A stretch of DNA of 62,833 nt, the filler included, from Hausera hauseri (Eukaryota): assembly GCA_046269625.1 (NCBI GenBank). It is 10 parts of 10 records of this genome, joined end to end, with 100 filler letters (N's around TTAATTAATTAA, not from the genome) between each part and the next. Parts side by side here need not be neighbours in the genome. Positions count along the whole stretch, not along the records: positions 20,513 to 31,632 come from JBJURY010123317.1; positions 31,733 to 36,239 come from JBJURY010549452.1; 8 more parts are not named here. The stretch is one strand, 5' to 3'. The translations under genes and the position numbers were made by a program. Positions 23,917-36,339 of the stretch are shown piece after piece (the stretch's first letter is position 1; every line of letters begins with the position of its first letter). The notes below the pieces were generated by a model, which worked only from the letters and a program-made list of their open reading frames with translations, did no database searches and was not told where the DNA came from.

Positions 23917-25959
23917 CGTCACATTTATTGAATGACAAATGGCAGAACAGAATTCATCAATTTATTTATTTGCTATGAGAAAACAAAATTTATTTCCAAT
24001 TGAATCATGCCATCATTTTCAGTGAAAATTAACAAATTTTATCAAATCAATTTACTAAACAAAAATTGCCAAATCCGACATATTCGATTATGAAAAAATG
24101 ATTTATTTTAAAAACAAAATTAGAAATGTTAGAATTTACAATTTCTCATGTTGAATTTGCATTAATTCGAATTGCTGACTCATTGGCCAATTAATCGTCA
24201 TGATGAGTCATTGATATTTACCTTATTAGATAATCATCGATGATTGGTTGGCTTTTGTAAAAATGAGATTTGCTTATATCTGGTTAGTTAGAATGTTACA
24301 TTAGAAGGAGCTGCCGACGGTAATTTGATGGAGTATCGCAGGAATGCCTGTTCCTTTTATAAAATGCAGTAAGAAGGAATTATAGATAACAGAAATGTAC
24401 TCTACGAAATGAGTCATGTACTCAATGATATGTTTGCGTTCAGAGGAAATTCGATTGTGAGATTGAAAAATAATTCAATTGAAATATTCTGACGGTAGAC
24501 AGGAAGTGGATTTTTATCGAAATATCGAACTGATTTCCGATTTTTATCAACTAGAAAAGAAACAATGCATAAATACACTCAACCTTTCATTTTATCATGT
24601 GCATGGGGAACATGACAATGACACACACACACACACACAGTCATTTTATAATTGAAATTTTCATAAACGAACTATATAGTTCAATAAAATTTATTTTACC
24701 ATCAAATATTTATTGCTAAACATCCTTTCGATGATTTATATTTTATCGATTATGACAAGGCTCCACAAGAATCGACACATCAAATTTAATTTGTTTCATC
24801 ATTTTACGGGTGATGTTGGACTGCAAATTTTACTAAAATACCAAAATTGTTATGTATGCCATATTTGTATGGGGTATAATGAAGAAGTACCGCGACGTAA
24901 ATATTGATAAAATTTTACAGAAAGAAAAAGTAAACAATGTATCATAAACAACTAATGACTTTATACAAAACCTTAATAACAATGTTCATTCAGCATTTAT
25001 TATCAAATAAAATAATTCCATGCAAACGACCCAACGTTCATTTGTAACTCATTTTGACATTTTACTGTTCACTTTTTGCAACTTACTGAACAAATATTTG
25101 CCAAACATTTTCTCTTTTAGTAATCTTTTTCATGGAATATATCAGAGTCCGTGGAGATCCAGTCGACACAAACATCGTTCCGAACAATATAGACCTTCGA
25201 TCCTTTAATTTCTGATATGATCTTCCGATTGAATTTGTTATACTTAGACAATGATAACTGTGTACTATTAGTCGGTATCATTTAGACATTCTTTCCAACT
25301 TTCATTCATTTCGGCTTCAAATTTCTGTCGCAACATATTTCTCCATGTTCCTTGTCGTTTATGATAGTAAACCATCATCGAGTGAGGTTTTTTTGTCTGA
25401 TTTTAGGCAATTCGTCTTGACTACCTTTGACATCGTGTAACATCTTTTATGTCTGGAGAATCTGATTTGTTCATAGAGCAGTCTTTGTTCAATGATGTAC
25501 CATTGTGTATACATCTGTTTACATCAGAGAATTTAACGTCACCAACATATGACAATCTTGATTTTCTATGATTCGTTAATACTGTTGCTTGAAATGTGAT
25601 ATTGGTGAATGACCCTCGATAGAGTAGACAGTATGAATTGTAGTGCCGTGATCACGGATACAACTCGTGCCCTCACTAAAATGGCAACAGCTGCATTCAT
25701 ATTTAGTCGTACGATAGACGAACTCATAATTGGTCTGGCTCGATGTCCAGACGAAAGGCTGAAATCCTCGCTGTTTTCTCCATGATCAAAAATAACTTTA
25801 CAAATTTCAATCGTACAATGGTTGATGTAATCTACCTCATACAAGAATTATAATTTACTCCAATTAACCGCAACTTCAAGTCGTTTTCCGAAATTAGAAA
25901 TTCACCTCCATGTAATTCGAAGGAACTCTCAAGTGATGACCATTGTACTACCATTCTGT

Positions 25960-26300
25960 CGATTAATCCCAGCAGTCATCATAAGCCATTGTTTTATGTG
26001 GAATTTCGGTTTGTATTTCAAAAAAGGCTTTGCGGAGTATTGCTGCACAACCAATTGAATGTTATTGGGAACATCTCAACTATTCGTGATGTTTAATTTC
26101 TCTTCTTCTGGATTTGACCCCAGGTTTTAAAATCCAGACATTCTTAGAATCGTCCATATCAAATTCAAGATAGCTCGACCATTTTTGCTTTGTGCTATCA
26201 TTAGCGACATCCCCAATTCTGTAATTTTCGTAAATAGCTGTTAGGTATTAAGCCAAGAATCTTTTCAAGTTTCTATCACAATGAAAGTGAATTAATTGCA
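25960..26300 (-). pseudogene. TTLL3/TTLL8 tubulin glycylase fragment, intronless and decayed
   Basis: MDDSKNVWILKPGVKSRRREIK...LVVQQYSAKPFLKYKPKFHIKQWLMMT parallels NIWIVKPGAKSRGRGI...VVQKYIERPLL...KFDIRQWFLVT. Confidence 0.75.
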
Positions 26301-26494
26301 GTCAAAATCCTCGCGGTTTTTTACATCTGAAATGACTTTACAGTAAGAAATGGTCATATTTAGAAACTTATGTTTAATACTGTCTTCATTCTTTTTGGAC
26401 CACAGCATTTGATTCTTGGTAGGACATTCCTTTCCTCTTCAGAATTATCAACACCTCCGAAATATCGTAATATCTATTGTATCCTTAATGAAAC

Positions 26495-26680
26495 CTATTC
26501 GTAACGATAGTGGTAAAAGGAGAGTTTGGGGCCGGTTCCTAAAATTAAAAAAATTTTTTCATTCGTTCGCCACCCACCACCACTCATGAAATTTTTTTAA
26601 AAATTTGAAAAACCGACCCCAAACCTTCCTCTTACAACTACTCTTATCACTTCAATTATAAAATATACAATAAAAAGTGG
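26495..26680 (-). repeat. Dispersed repeat (copy 2 of the 1618-1792 family)
   Basis: Reverse complement aligns to 1618-1792 by eye. Confidence 0.75.
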
Positions 26681-27540
26681 CATCAAATAATTCAGATTGT
26701 AAATTTTGTGAAGCAGGTCGAATTATAATTAAATCAGATAATAAATACATTTGGAGTGAATGCACTATTTGTAAATGTTGTATATTATTAAATTACCTTA
26801 TAAGTGACTGAAAAAAATAATTCAAATTATTAAAAAACATTTAACTTAACTTTTGGCTCAGTTCCAATTATCTGATCAAATTATGAACACGATGTTTGGA
26901 ATCAGCATACTCGAATTGATTATAGAGCAAAAAATCAGGTCAAAATTCGAATATAAATTTCTGATCAAATTTTCTTTAAAGGGTGGACCATTGGCTAAAA
27001 AAACATTTGTTTTCAATTTTAACCCACTTACTTTTAATCATTTAATTTGATATATGGGTTATATTATTATAATCAATAATCTCTATAATATACCAAAATC
27101 AGATTATAATATTTAAAATTATATAGTAAAAACCATGTTAAAAATTGAGGAAAACTCAATGAATTGTAAAATTACTGACTATTTATCAATAGATAATTTT
27201 GAGTTTAACATTAAATATTAGAAAAATTAAATATATAGACCAGTCTGAGGACCACGAGTGAGATGTGGTTAAAGGTGTGGTAGTGAAAGGGTGTTGAAAG
27301 GTGTGGTCTATATAAACATAATTTGTCTAACCAACTTGTGTTACCTATATAAACATGTTTAACAATATAAACATGTTTATCAAGTGAAACTTGTGTGACC
27401 TATATAAACAGCTCACACAATAACCATAGTTGTTTACTATAGATACTGTGTGGTCTACTTACACAACTTTATATTTGTATAAAACTATATCATATTGAAA
27501 AAGTTACAAACAGTGGAATAAAATATTGTGCAATATATCA

Positions 27541-28160
27541 TGATGTAATTTTTTTAGTAACATTTAAAGTAATTTTATTATAGAGTAATATTTTATGTAA
27601 GAAAAATGAAAAATTTTAGAAGGCATGTAGCTCAGTGGTTTTAACTCTAGTCCGCTAAGAGTGTTACTCGGGTTCTAATCACATAAACTTATATTTTTCC
27701 TTCTTTTCCTCTTAAAATAATCATACAAAACTATATATATTCTGAATCCACTCATCGAGTTGAGTTGAATGGGCACGATATTTTTGTGATACCTCTATTG
27801 CTTCAAAAGTTATAAGGGTTCAAAGTCCCACTGCTCTTCAGCTGATGTATTTTTTAGTAACTGCTTTCTAATAATGATTAATAAATTTAACAACAATTAA
27901 AGTAATTTTATTATAGAAGCACATTAAATTTAACAAAAATGAAAAATATTAGGAGGCATGTATATCAGTTGTTATAATCAAATTTTGCTAAAAATGCTGA
28001 TAGGGTTCAATTCCTACCTCGGTGTGTATTTTTTCCCTTTTGATAATCACATAAAACCACATATATTCTGAATCCTCTCAACGAGACAAACTTAATGAGT
28101 GCATTAGTTTCATGATATCTCTCATGGATCAAAAGTTATAAAGGGTCAAAGGTCAAAATT
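27541..28160 (+). repeat. Two diverged tandem units (about 300 bp), each containing a tRNA-like pol III A/B-box segment
   Basis: Units start tgatgta-tttttagtaac (27541, 27843). GGCATGTAGCTCAGTGG...GGGTTCTAATC and GGCATGTATATCAGTTG...GGGTTCAATTCC; shared tail tatattctgaatcc...caaaagttata. Confidence 0.6.
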
Positions 28161-29914
28161 ACACAATTTACACAACTATATCACTGAAAATTTAAAAGCT
28201 ACAATAAAGATTTGTACATATTTGGAAAACTTATTAAAAGGGCTATCAGAATAAAATTGTTTTAATACTGTGCTACCAATTGTGCAAAGTGTGCAAGGCT
28301 TTGAAGGTGCACAATTTAAAGCAGTCACAAATTTGTTAATTTTATCGGATTTTGATAATCTGCAGCTCATTCGAAATCTCTTCATAATTTCTACTTAAAT
28401 ATCTCAATTGAATAAAAAATATCTAGTGTTTCACTTAAATTAATTCTCTAAAAAATGAAAAAACAAAGTGATATTCAAGAATCAACTTGTAATATAGCAA
28501 AATATTTACCAAAATTTCTGAAAATTAAATATGGTGAATTACACTTTCCATCATATAATTTTACGGGTCAAGTGGACTTATGTGTGTTTTGAAAAGAAAC
28601 ATGCAAGTGTTATTAAATTCCTTTATAAAAAATTGGTTATAGAAAATGTATAAAATGTAATAATTTATATGAATTGAATGAGAATAATTTTAAAATTATT
28701 CTGAAAATATATTTTTCTCATACATGCAAAAATGTTTATTACATGAAGGTAAGGTCAAAGAAGAAAATTGTAAAATCAATAGAAATTTAAGTGGTCATAA
28801 ATGGAACGGGTAAAAGCTAATATTATGTAAGTATGTAAAAATATGTAGGTGCGAATGTATATATATATATATATATATGTAGTGTATAAAGTTTTTACTT
28901 TTGACTATTAATTGTGGGATGGAGTTTGCATGAGCGAGACACGTGTCTGAAGATGTAAACATGCAAAAAAAGAACGTATTATGATTGACATAAATAAACA
29001 GCCCTGATCGACTTTCGGAAAACTGACGGGATGATGGCTGAATTGAACCGTGCCTTATCAAAAATAAAAGTCAAATAATGTCCAGGTTACGTCAGACGTC
29101 GACAGTCAGATGATAATATGGAGAATCGGCGGATTGCAAGAAAGTACCATCGAAGAAAAAGAAGAATATAACCAACTAGATTCAATCGATGGCCACTCAG
29201 ACTATGGCACCAGTTAAGACATCAACGAATGAATGTAACGACAATGAGGATGACAGTGATGAGTCTTTCACATTAGAAAATTTCCTTGATGAACCTCATT
29301 AATGGAATGAGACTGTTAATCACGATCATTCATATTACCAGGTGTTTGTCATAGGAAATAATATCACACACAAGATGAATATGAGCAAGTCTGAATTACA
29401 GCATAACAAACTGTGTGACAAATGATGGAACGATACAACAATTGGTACATAGAATAAATTGTCGATCCAACACCGGGTGTCTGTTAAATCGCTAAGTTCG
29501 ACAAACCATTCATGGTGGGTGTAGACGTAGAGGATTGCGTTATCTACTAATAGCATTCAAAAGGTAACCACCAAGCAGGATGATAGAAACAACAGCAGAG
29601 AAATTGTCTGGTTTGGGAAATAAGTTGAGTATTACGTCAATTGTATATATCATTATGAAATTCACAGATGGTCGATCGGATCAGGATTATGCAATAAAAT
29701 TACTGTGCAGTTGTATACGGATTTTCATTATTTTTATTTAGTTCCATTCATTTGTCATTTAATTATCATTACTGATAAATCTCAGCAGCAATACAAAGAA
29801 AAAATAAATGCAAATACAATGCTGCTATAGTATCGCATGGGATCGATAAAATAAATAAGATTTTGATTTAAAAATATAAAAAGAAATTTTGAATTTAAAA
29901 ACAAAAGAAACTTT

Positions 29915-30892
29915 ATGAAAAATATCAGTACATCCAATCCTTTTCCAGCGAATACATTTAGATTTCAGACAACCATAAATAGAATACCCCTTGATAATTC
30001 CATATTAAGATCTTTACAATGGAAATTCATGATTAACGCAGAACGATTAATATATAATGTTGATAAAGGTATTATACTGGGAGTCGAATCACCAGAAGAA
30101 CCTGAGAATTTTAGAAACGTCATGTATGAATGTAATAAAGGATGTCAAAAAATTATATCCAACGAAGTTGTATCGGGAATGAACGACCAAAAGCAAATGT
30201 TTGGTACCATAACAAAATTAATGATATCTGGACTTGTTCGTAGTAGTGATCAATTGTCAACCGCAGACAAAACAATGAGAGATGATAAGACATATATAAT
30301 GAATGGGCAGATAGATTCAATAGGAATTGCCCAATGGATGTTATTATATTTAATTTATATTGCTCAAATTAGTGGACATCTGAAATTAATGTCGATTGTT
30401 TTTACTGACGTTGCTGCCTTGAAGTCAGATGAAATTAAGCAAAATTTAGAGGGTAAAGTCACTTTAGTAAAATTGTTGCAGACAGAGTCGAGTGATTCAC
30501 TGAATGCATTTTCTGATGTTGAAGAATATTATGATGTTGATTTCAGTCATCATAAATCGGGAAATACGTCTGTCAATGGGGGGACTTCTACCTCGGATGA
30601 TTTGGAAACAGAAACGACATCTTGGGCTTCACACGCTGAAATTTATAATGAACGTAATTATAATTTGTTTGACCACCAGTCATGTTCTAATGGCAACGAC
30701 AACAAGTATCAATTTAGTAAAAATTATCAGCCGACCTTAGAGTTTTATATAGTACGAAAGGAAGAAGTGAATCAATCATTTTTCGTCAGTAAAAGAAGTC
30801 TGAAAATTGGTTCGGCAAATTTGATTCAAAACAATCCTCGATCCCATGCTAATTTCAATATTCGAGTTGTAAAACCATTTTCATTTAGTTAA
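29915..30892 (+). CDS. Kinesin-6 (KIF20/MKLP-like) motor-domain derivative, intronless, with degenerate nucleotide motifs
   Basis: QKQMF...DKTYIMNG...GI; long loop-6 insertion; WASHAEIYNERNYNLFD (WVSFFEIYNEYIYDLF); NNPRSHANFNIRVVK (SSRSHSIFTIK). Confidence 0.7.
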   Translation: MKNISTSNPFPANTFRFQTTINRIPLDNSILRSLQWKFMINAERLIYNVDKGIILGVESPEEPENFRNVMYECNKGCQKIISNEVVSGMNDQKQMFGTITKLMISGLVRSSDQLSTADKTMRDDKTYIMNGQIDSIGIAQWMLLYLIYIAQISGHLKLMSIVFTDVAALKSDEIKQNLEGKVTLVKLLQTESSDSLNAFSDVEEYYDVDFSHHKSGNTSVNGGTSTSDDLETETTSWASHAEIYNERNYNLFDHQSCSNGNDNKYQFSKNYQPTLEFYIVRKEEVNQSFFVSKRSLKIGSANLIQNNPRSHANFNIRVVKPFSFS

Positions 30893-31098
30893 CGTTCGAC
30901 TCGAGATCCCAAGATAAATCTCTGTAAATCCAGGAAAATTTCATACTTATGTAAGCTATGGCGGAACTTGTTTAAGGTATTTGAATGTCGTTTAAATATT
31001 ATTGTTGCCGGTTTTTGTTATTCCTTTAGTTTGATGGCTGTCGATCAGGGTTGCGATGATAGAATGACTGACAAATTTCGCGTGCTTGTTTGGATACT

Positions 31099-31300
31099 AG
31101 TAGTAGGATAGGAGCACATGAAGCCAACCCCCCCCCGGGAAGAAAAATTGATGCGTTTAAACAAAAGTAAATTTCACGAATTGATGAACCGGTACTTATA
31201 TGTTATCCCCCGATTGGGTGAATCCGTGACTATATAGTATTGTGAATATATAGTATTGGTTGAATGTGTACTTATCCTCCGATTGGGTGAATCCGAAATT
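31099..31300 (+). mobile_element. Putative Polinton terminus (TIR)
   Basis: AGTAGTAGGATAGGAGCACATGAAGCCAACCCCCCCCCGGGAAGAAAAATT is homologous to the reverse complement of 47560-47611; short direct repeats CCGATTGGGTGAATCCG follow. Confidence 0.6.
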
Positions 31301-31372
31301 AGTACTAATAATTTTTGTTTTAATTTCGATTGTCGGATATAAATATAGCTGTGTAAATAAGATTAATGTACA

Positions 31373-31632
31373 ATGTTTCAGACAATTGACTCAAAAATAT
31401 TGTGTAATTTCAAAAAGCGAATGACTGCTGCTTCAGTGTTGATACAGTTGAAAGAAGAAGAAATTCACAGTGAATTGAAAGAAGTGCAAAACTTATTCGC
31501 TACAAATGACGATCTTGAGTATGTTGCACCAGAGATATTGTTGGAAGTGATACGAAACAGATTGATTAATGTCAGTCCAATGGTTGGTAAAATAATCAGA
31601 ATGACAGAAGAATTGCAAAACAGTCAGAAGGA
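31373..31632 (+). CDS. Hypothetical helical protein just inside the putative Polinton terminus, truncated by the contig end
   Basis: ATG-initiated open frame to the contig end; no motif recognised. Confidence 0.4.
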
Positions 31633-31732
31633 NNNNNNNNNNNNNNNNNNNNNNNNNNNNNNNNNNNNNNNNNNNNTTAATTAATTAANNNNNNNNNNNN
31701 NNNNNNNNNNNNNNNNNNNNNNNNNNNNNNNN
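31633..31732. other. Artificial contig spacer
   Basis: N44-TTAATTAATTAA-N44. Confidence 0.99.
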
Positions 31733-32779
31733 TTTATATACCAAATGTAATACACTTTGTTTTAATGCATCAAATAAATTAAATGCACTTGGGTGCCAAA
31801 TAGGTTTTCATACAATCGACTAAAGTCATCAGATTCTTCAAATAATGCATGTTTGACCGAATATTATCGAATTTTTCAATGTTTTATTCATTTCGAGATA
31901 CTTGTAAATACTTTGCACACCCAATTTTGGTCTACAAATGTTTTCGGACATGGGAAATCCGATGGTAATGTTTGAATATTTCAAATCGATCGAAAAATCG
32001 GATTTTATGTAAGCCTCTTCGCATATCTCTCATCATATTCGGATTCTCCATATATGGGTTTCTATCTCTCTACGCTTTTAGATTTTTCGATTTTTGCTTC
32101 TGTTCGAATAGAAAATCAATTATTGGAAAAGTTCGATTTGTATTTGAGTTTTCGAATATCTGATGTCAAAATCGGATACAGCACATGTTAGTTTTTATGT
32201 GTGTACGCTTTTATATTTTTCGATTTCTACTTGCTTGTGTGCTAAAATCAACTTTATAGGTTTTATCCGAAAATAGTTATTATTGATTAAAGCGCACTTA
32301 CACATGTGCGACACATTTGAAAAGTGCTACATAGATGCACTAAGACATGGGGAATCGACTGTCTCTCTCAGATTTTTCAAAAAGTTTATGGGTGTCAAGA
32401 TAATCGATACTATTCGGTGAAAATCGATAATTATTCCAGTTGTGCACCGAATTTCGGAAATCTGAGATGGAAGACCCGGGATACAATGTGGAACTTCCTA
32501 TCTGTTTTCGTTTAAACATTTGTTGAATTTTGACTACTTAGGACCTAAAAAGACTACGGGAAGTCTGCACCGGTTGCACTTTGGATCGACATTATTCGAA
32601 ATCGACTCGATCGATTTAAATTCTAATTGCACATTCACATAGTGCATTGTATTTCCAATCGATTGCACCCGGTGCCATGTGCTAATCATCAATATTGGCA
32701 ATATCGGAAATCCGATATTATTGATTTTTGCACACTTGCACATATGATGCGCACCTGTGATTACGAACAACCTGAGTCA

Positions 32780-34440
32780 ATGTCTTCAATGGACTATGAT
32801 GAAGTTGAATCACAATCACCATCTGACGAACGTACAGCTGCAGTGCAAAGGAAAGGAAGACTGAGAGGGAGGGAACGTGCAACTGGAACAGGAAAGAAGA
32901 CTGATGCAAGAATTGTGTGGGATGTTGATTCACTAGATGTCACAGATTCAGATGTGAACTTCGATGGTAGCGATAAGTTGACAGACGAGATAATAGCTTT
33001 TCAGAATCCTTATCAGTTCTTTGAATATCTATGGACAGAGAAACTGAACAGCTTGAATTCTGATGAATCCATTCTGTGTGGAACTCAGGAGCATCTGGAC
33101 AGACCATCAGTTTACACATTCAGTGACATTCGTCAGTTCATTTCGATTCTGATGTATGATAGTTCAATAATATCTGTTCTGTGTACACGTGTGCTGTGGA
33201 ACAGAAACATAGTAGGTGACAAGGTTTCCAATATCATGTCCATCAACAAATTTGAGGAACTGAAATCTAATATTCATTTCTAATATAATAATTCAGCACA
33301 TAATATCAACTCACCTGACTATGATAAGCTGTTCAAGATCAGACCACTTCTGAATAATCTGCTTGAACGTACAAGTCTGGTGCCATTTGAAGAGCGCTTG
33401 AGTATTGATGAACAGATAATCCTCTACAAGAGAAAATTTTCAATCAAGACATATATGAGAATGAAGCCACATAAGTGGGACATAAATAACTGGGTTCTGG
33501 CCAGTGCAATTGGTTTTGTGTACAAATTTAGAATTTACACTGGAACATCGCTTCCTGTGGATGAGGCAAGTGGTAAACTGGAATGTGGTGCCAGCGGAAA
33601 TGTCGTTGTAAAGTTGCTAAGAGATGTACCACGGAGTGTAGGTTATACAGTGTACTTTGATAACTACTTCGGCTAAGTGAAACTGCTGATTTGGTTGGCA
33701 AAGGAAGGCTTTCTTTGCGTAGCAACAGTTTGCACCAACCGAGTGAAGGAAACTAATGCGCGAACTGATTCAGAAGTGACACGTTTGGGCACAGGCGGCA
33801 TGCATGAAGACATTGCTGCAGTGAACGATATCCCCATAACACTCATCAGGTGGTATAATAACAAGGCTGTTTATTTCCTGTCCATATACATTGGAGCTAA
33901 GCCAGTGGGGACTATCAAGCGCTGGGTCAAGACTTCCAAGGCATATAAGGACATCTCATGCCCTGCAATCGTGGCTGTATACAATCGCTTCACGGGAGTG
34001 TGGACGCAAATGGTATTTCAGGGTATTCACATTCATGATAAATATGTCAGTCGTGAATACATGGTTTTTCTACCACAATCGAGCCAAAGACTCAAGGACA
34101 CAGCGGAGGAATGACAGATTACGCACTGCTCCATTTCAGATTGGAATTGGACAGTACCCTGTCTCTGTTGAGTGTACACCCAGGAGCACGCAAGCGCGGT
34201 CGCAGATAATTGATAGATGAACAGATCCAGAGTCGTGCACAACTCCCACACGTTCCTCATCCGCCAACAAAGGACGTGCGCCTAGATGGAGTGGAACATT
34301 TGAATGTAGTCAACGCGATCAGATCAAAGTATGGTCAATGCTAAAAGACAGGATGCAAATCACGTACTATGTACATATGCTAAAGTGTAATATGTCGATG
34401 TACAGCCAAGACATGTTTTGTTTATTATCACTGCTAAGCT
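32780..34440 (+). mobile_element. piggyBac transposase pseudogene (PGBD2/3-like)
   Basis: PYQFF...MSINKFEELKSNIHF...DKLFKIRP...SIDEQII...KPHKW...VYFDNYF...WYNNKAV...CPAIVAVYNR; Cys-rich C-terminus; stops and frameshifts. Confidence 0.93.
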
Positions 34441-34511
34441 CATGTGTAAATAAGCTTTCAGAGAAGAGCCAGAACAGCATTTTACTTGTATTCATTTCGT
34501 AGATATTGATA

Positions 34512-34896
34512 AGTAAGTACTACTATAATGATAAGTTTAGAGGTTCCCTTCTATATTTGTGTTTGGTTCAACCAAAGAATTTTTGTCTGATTTAGAACTA
34601 CTCCTTGCTGAATCAGTGCGTGAAGTTGCAATATTAGCCTTAACTCTACTACGAGTGTTATACGCTCGTGTGTTTCCTCATTCGGGGCACCAGTGATAAG
34701 TTTATAGGTTAAGGTTTATTGGTCTTACGACCTTAAACTTATACTCTTTACTTAAAAGCTTGAGTTCTCTCCTTGTCTCAAGCTTGATTTACTTTATAGA
34801 AGTAATCAGCAACCTGTGGGCTTGCTGATGTCTAGGTTTACTTTATTTAATTGGGCTTAGTGTGTGAGCTCCGTCAGGAGGTACACTGACGTTACT
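34512..34896 (-). repeat. Candidate 3' LTR (385 bp, AGTAA...TTACT) of retroelement B
   Basis: Minus strand AAGGGGG directly followed by AGTAACG; ends ...CTTACT; AGT-type termini as in the gypsy/17.6 lineage; internal AATAAA near 34715. Confidence 0.6.
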
Positions 34897-35399
34897 CCCC
34901 CTTACTTAATAGATTTTAACAACCGTCCGGAAGGGACGGTATACCAAATAGGGCCCTGTAAATTGAAATTACTTTTCCTACTAAGATATAACCTTAATTA
35001 CTTAAAATTTAAGTTTACAATATAAACAACAAAAGAAATAATCAATCGACAATATATACTTTAATTCTTTAAAATAGTACGATCAAGAAAAGATATACAA
35101 GAAAACAATAAAAATTATACTCACATCCATTCATGTTGATCATAGCAATGTAATAGTCTTTCAACAGCAATTACAGCAATTATAATTATTATGGTATGAA
35201 TGAAGATATACAGCAGTATATATACTGTCAGAAGGTATACAAAGAAAACAAAATAAATAAAATTCAATTATTCTAACTGAAAAATAAATAAAATTCAATT
35301 AAATGTTTGATCAATCGATCAAAGTTTATTTAATTTCAATTTCACAGAACTTCAAGCAATTAGTAAGTCTATTTGTCTTTCTTCAGAATTTATTTACCT

Positions 35400-36239
35400 T
35401 CAATTTAGGCCGGTATTTCGAACATCTCCCTCCTCAGACGATGCTGTCCTCAGCATCAAGGGATAGACTTCAATAACTCCATTTGAATCTTGGTAGTTAA
35501 CCGATTTGATCTGGAGACTTCTTCCTTTCTTTTTAATTGTCTTTCTTAAGGTAATTGTTTCTGATCTGGGGATTTTCTTTTTATTCTTTGATTTTTTTGT
35601 TAAATCAACGAAGATGGATTCCGAGGAACTAGCTAGCACTAAGGGTTTTAAATCTATATGACATTCTTTTATTGTCGGAATTGAGACTGGCATCACTTGA
35701 TCATTAGACATTGACTGGTTTGGTATTGATTGATTAATTTTAGGCTGGGGTAATATTTGTTGGGTATTTAAACATACGGATGCCATCTGAGTAGGCGCTA
35801 TCTGGGTAAGTGCCTGTTGAGTTAATTCTGGATCTTGAATTTTCATAGGGGTGATATCATTCTCAAGGTATTCATTTTTATATTCCGAAATAGTATTGTA
35901 AATCTTCGAAATAGTCAAGGCTTTATCTTTCGTCTTTTGTGGATAGACGCCATCATTATATTTCATAATAAGCTGTTTTGCAGTGTATTCTTGTAAGGGA
36001 TTGATTTCTTTGTGTTGTCATAATTCTCTGATACCAAGAAAATAATTATAGTCATATCTGAGGGTGGTTGTAAACATACGATATACATCAAGACCGACTA
36101 CTACTTTGCCAAATATTGCCTTCCTGAGATGGGGTTCCTCTTCATAAGAGTCTCTTTGACCAAGAATATCAGCTTCTTTTAGACCAGTAATATGGCTATT
36201 ATAATTATGTATTTTTTCTCTTGGGGTTAAAATTTCATC
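35400..36239 (-). pseudogene. LTR-element accessory ORF: REXO4/ISG20-like DEDDh-fold domain plus Gln/Pro- and Lys-rich tail (5'-truncated)
   Basis: From the contig end DEILTPREKIHNYNSHITGLKEADI...LRKAIFGKVVVGLDVYRM...GIREL, then frameshift to YTAKQLIMKY...KTKDKALTISKIY; ends in PPT-like GAGGAGGGAGA-TGT. Confidence 0.7.
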
Positions 36240-36339
36240 NNNNNNNNNNNNNNNNNNNNNNNNNNNNNNNNNNNNNNNNNNNNTTAATTAATTAANNNNN
36301 NNNNNNNNNNNNNNNNNNNNNNNNNNNNNNNNNNNNNNN
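36240..36339. other. Artificial contig spacer
   Basis: N44-TTAATTAATTAA-N44. Confidence 0.99.

Noticed and set aside
27620-28025. Functional tRNA genes
   Set aside because: A/B boxes are present but I could not form a convincing cloverleaf, and they lie inside a duplicated repeat.
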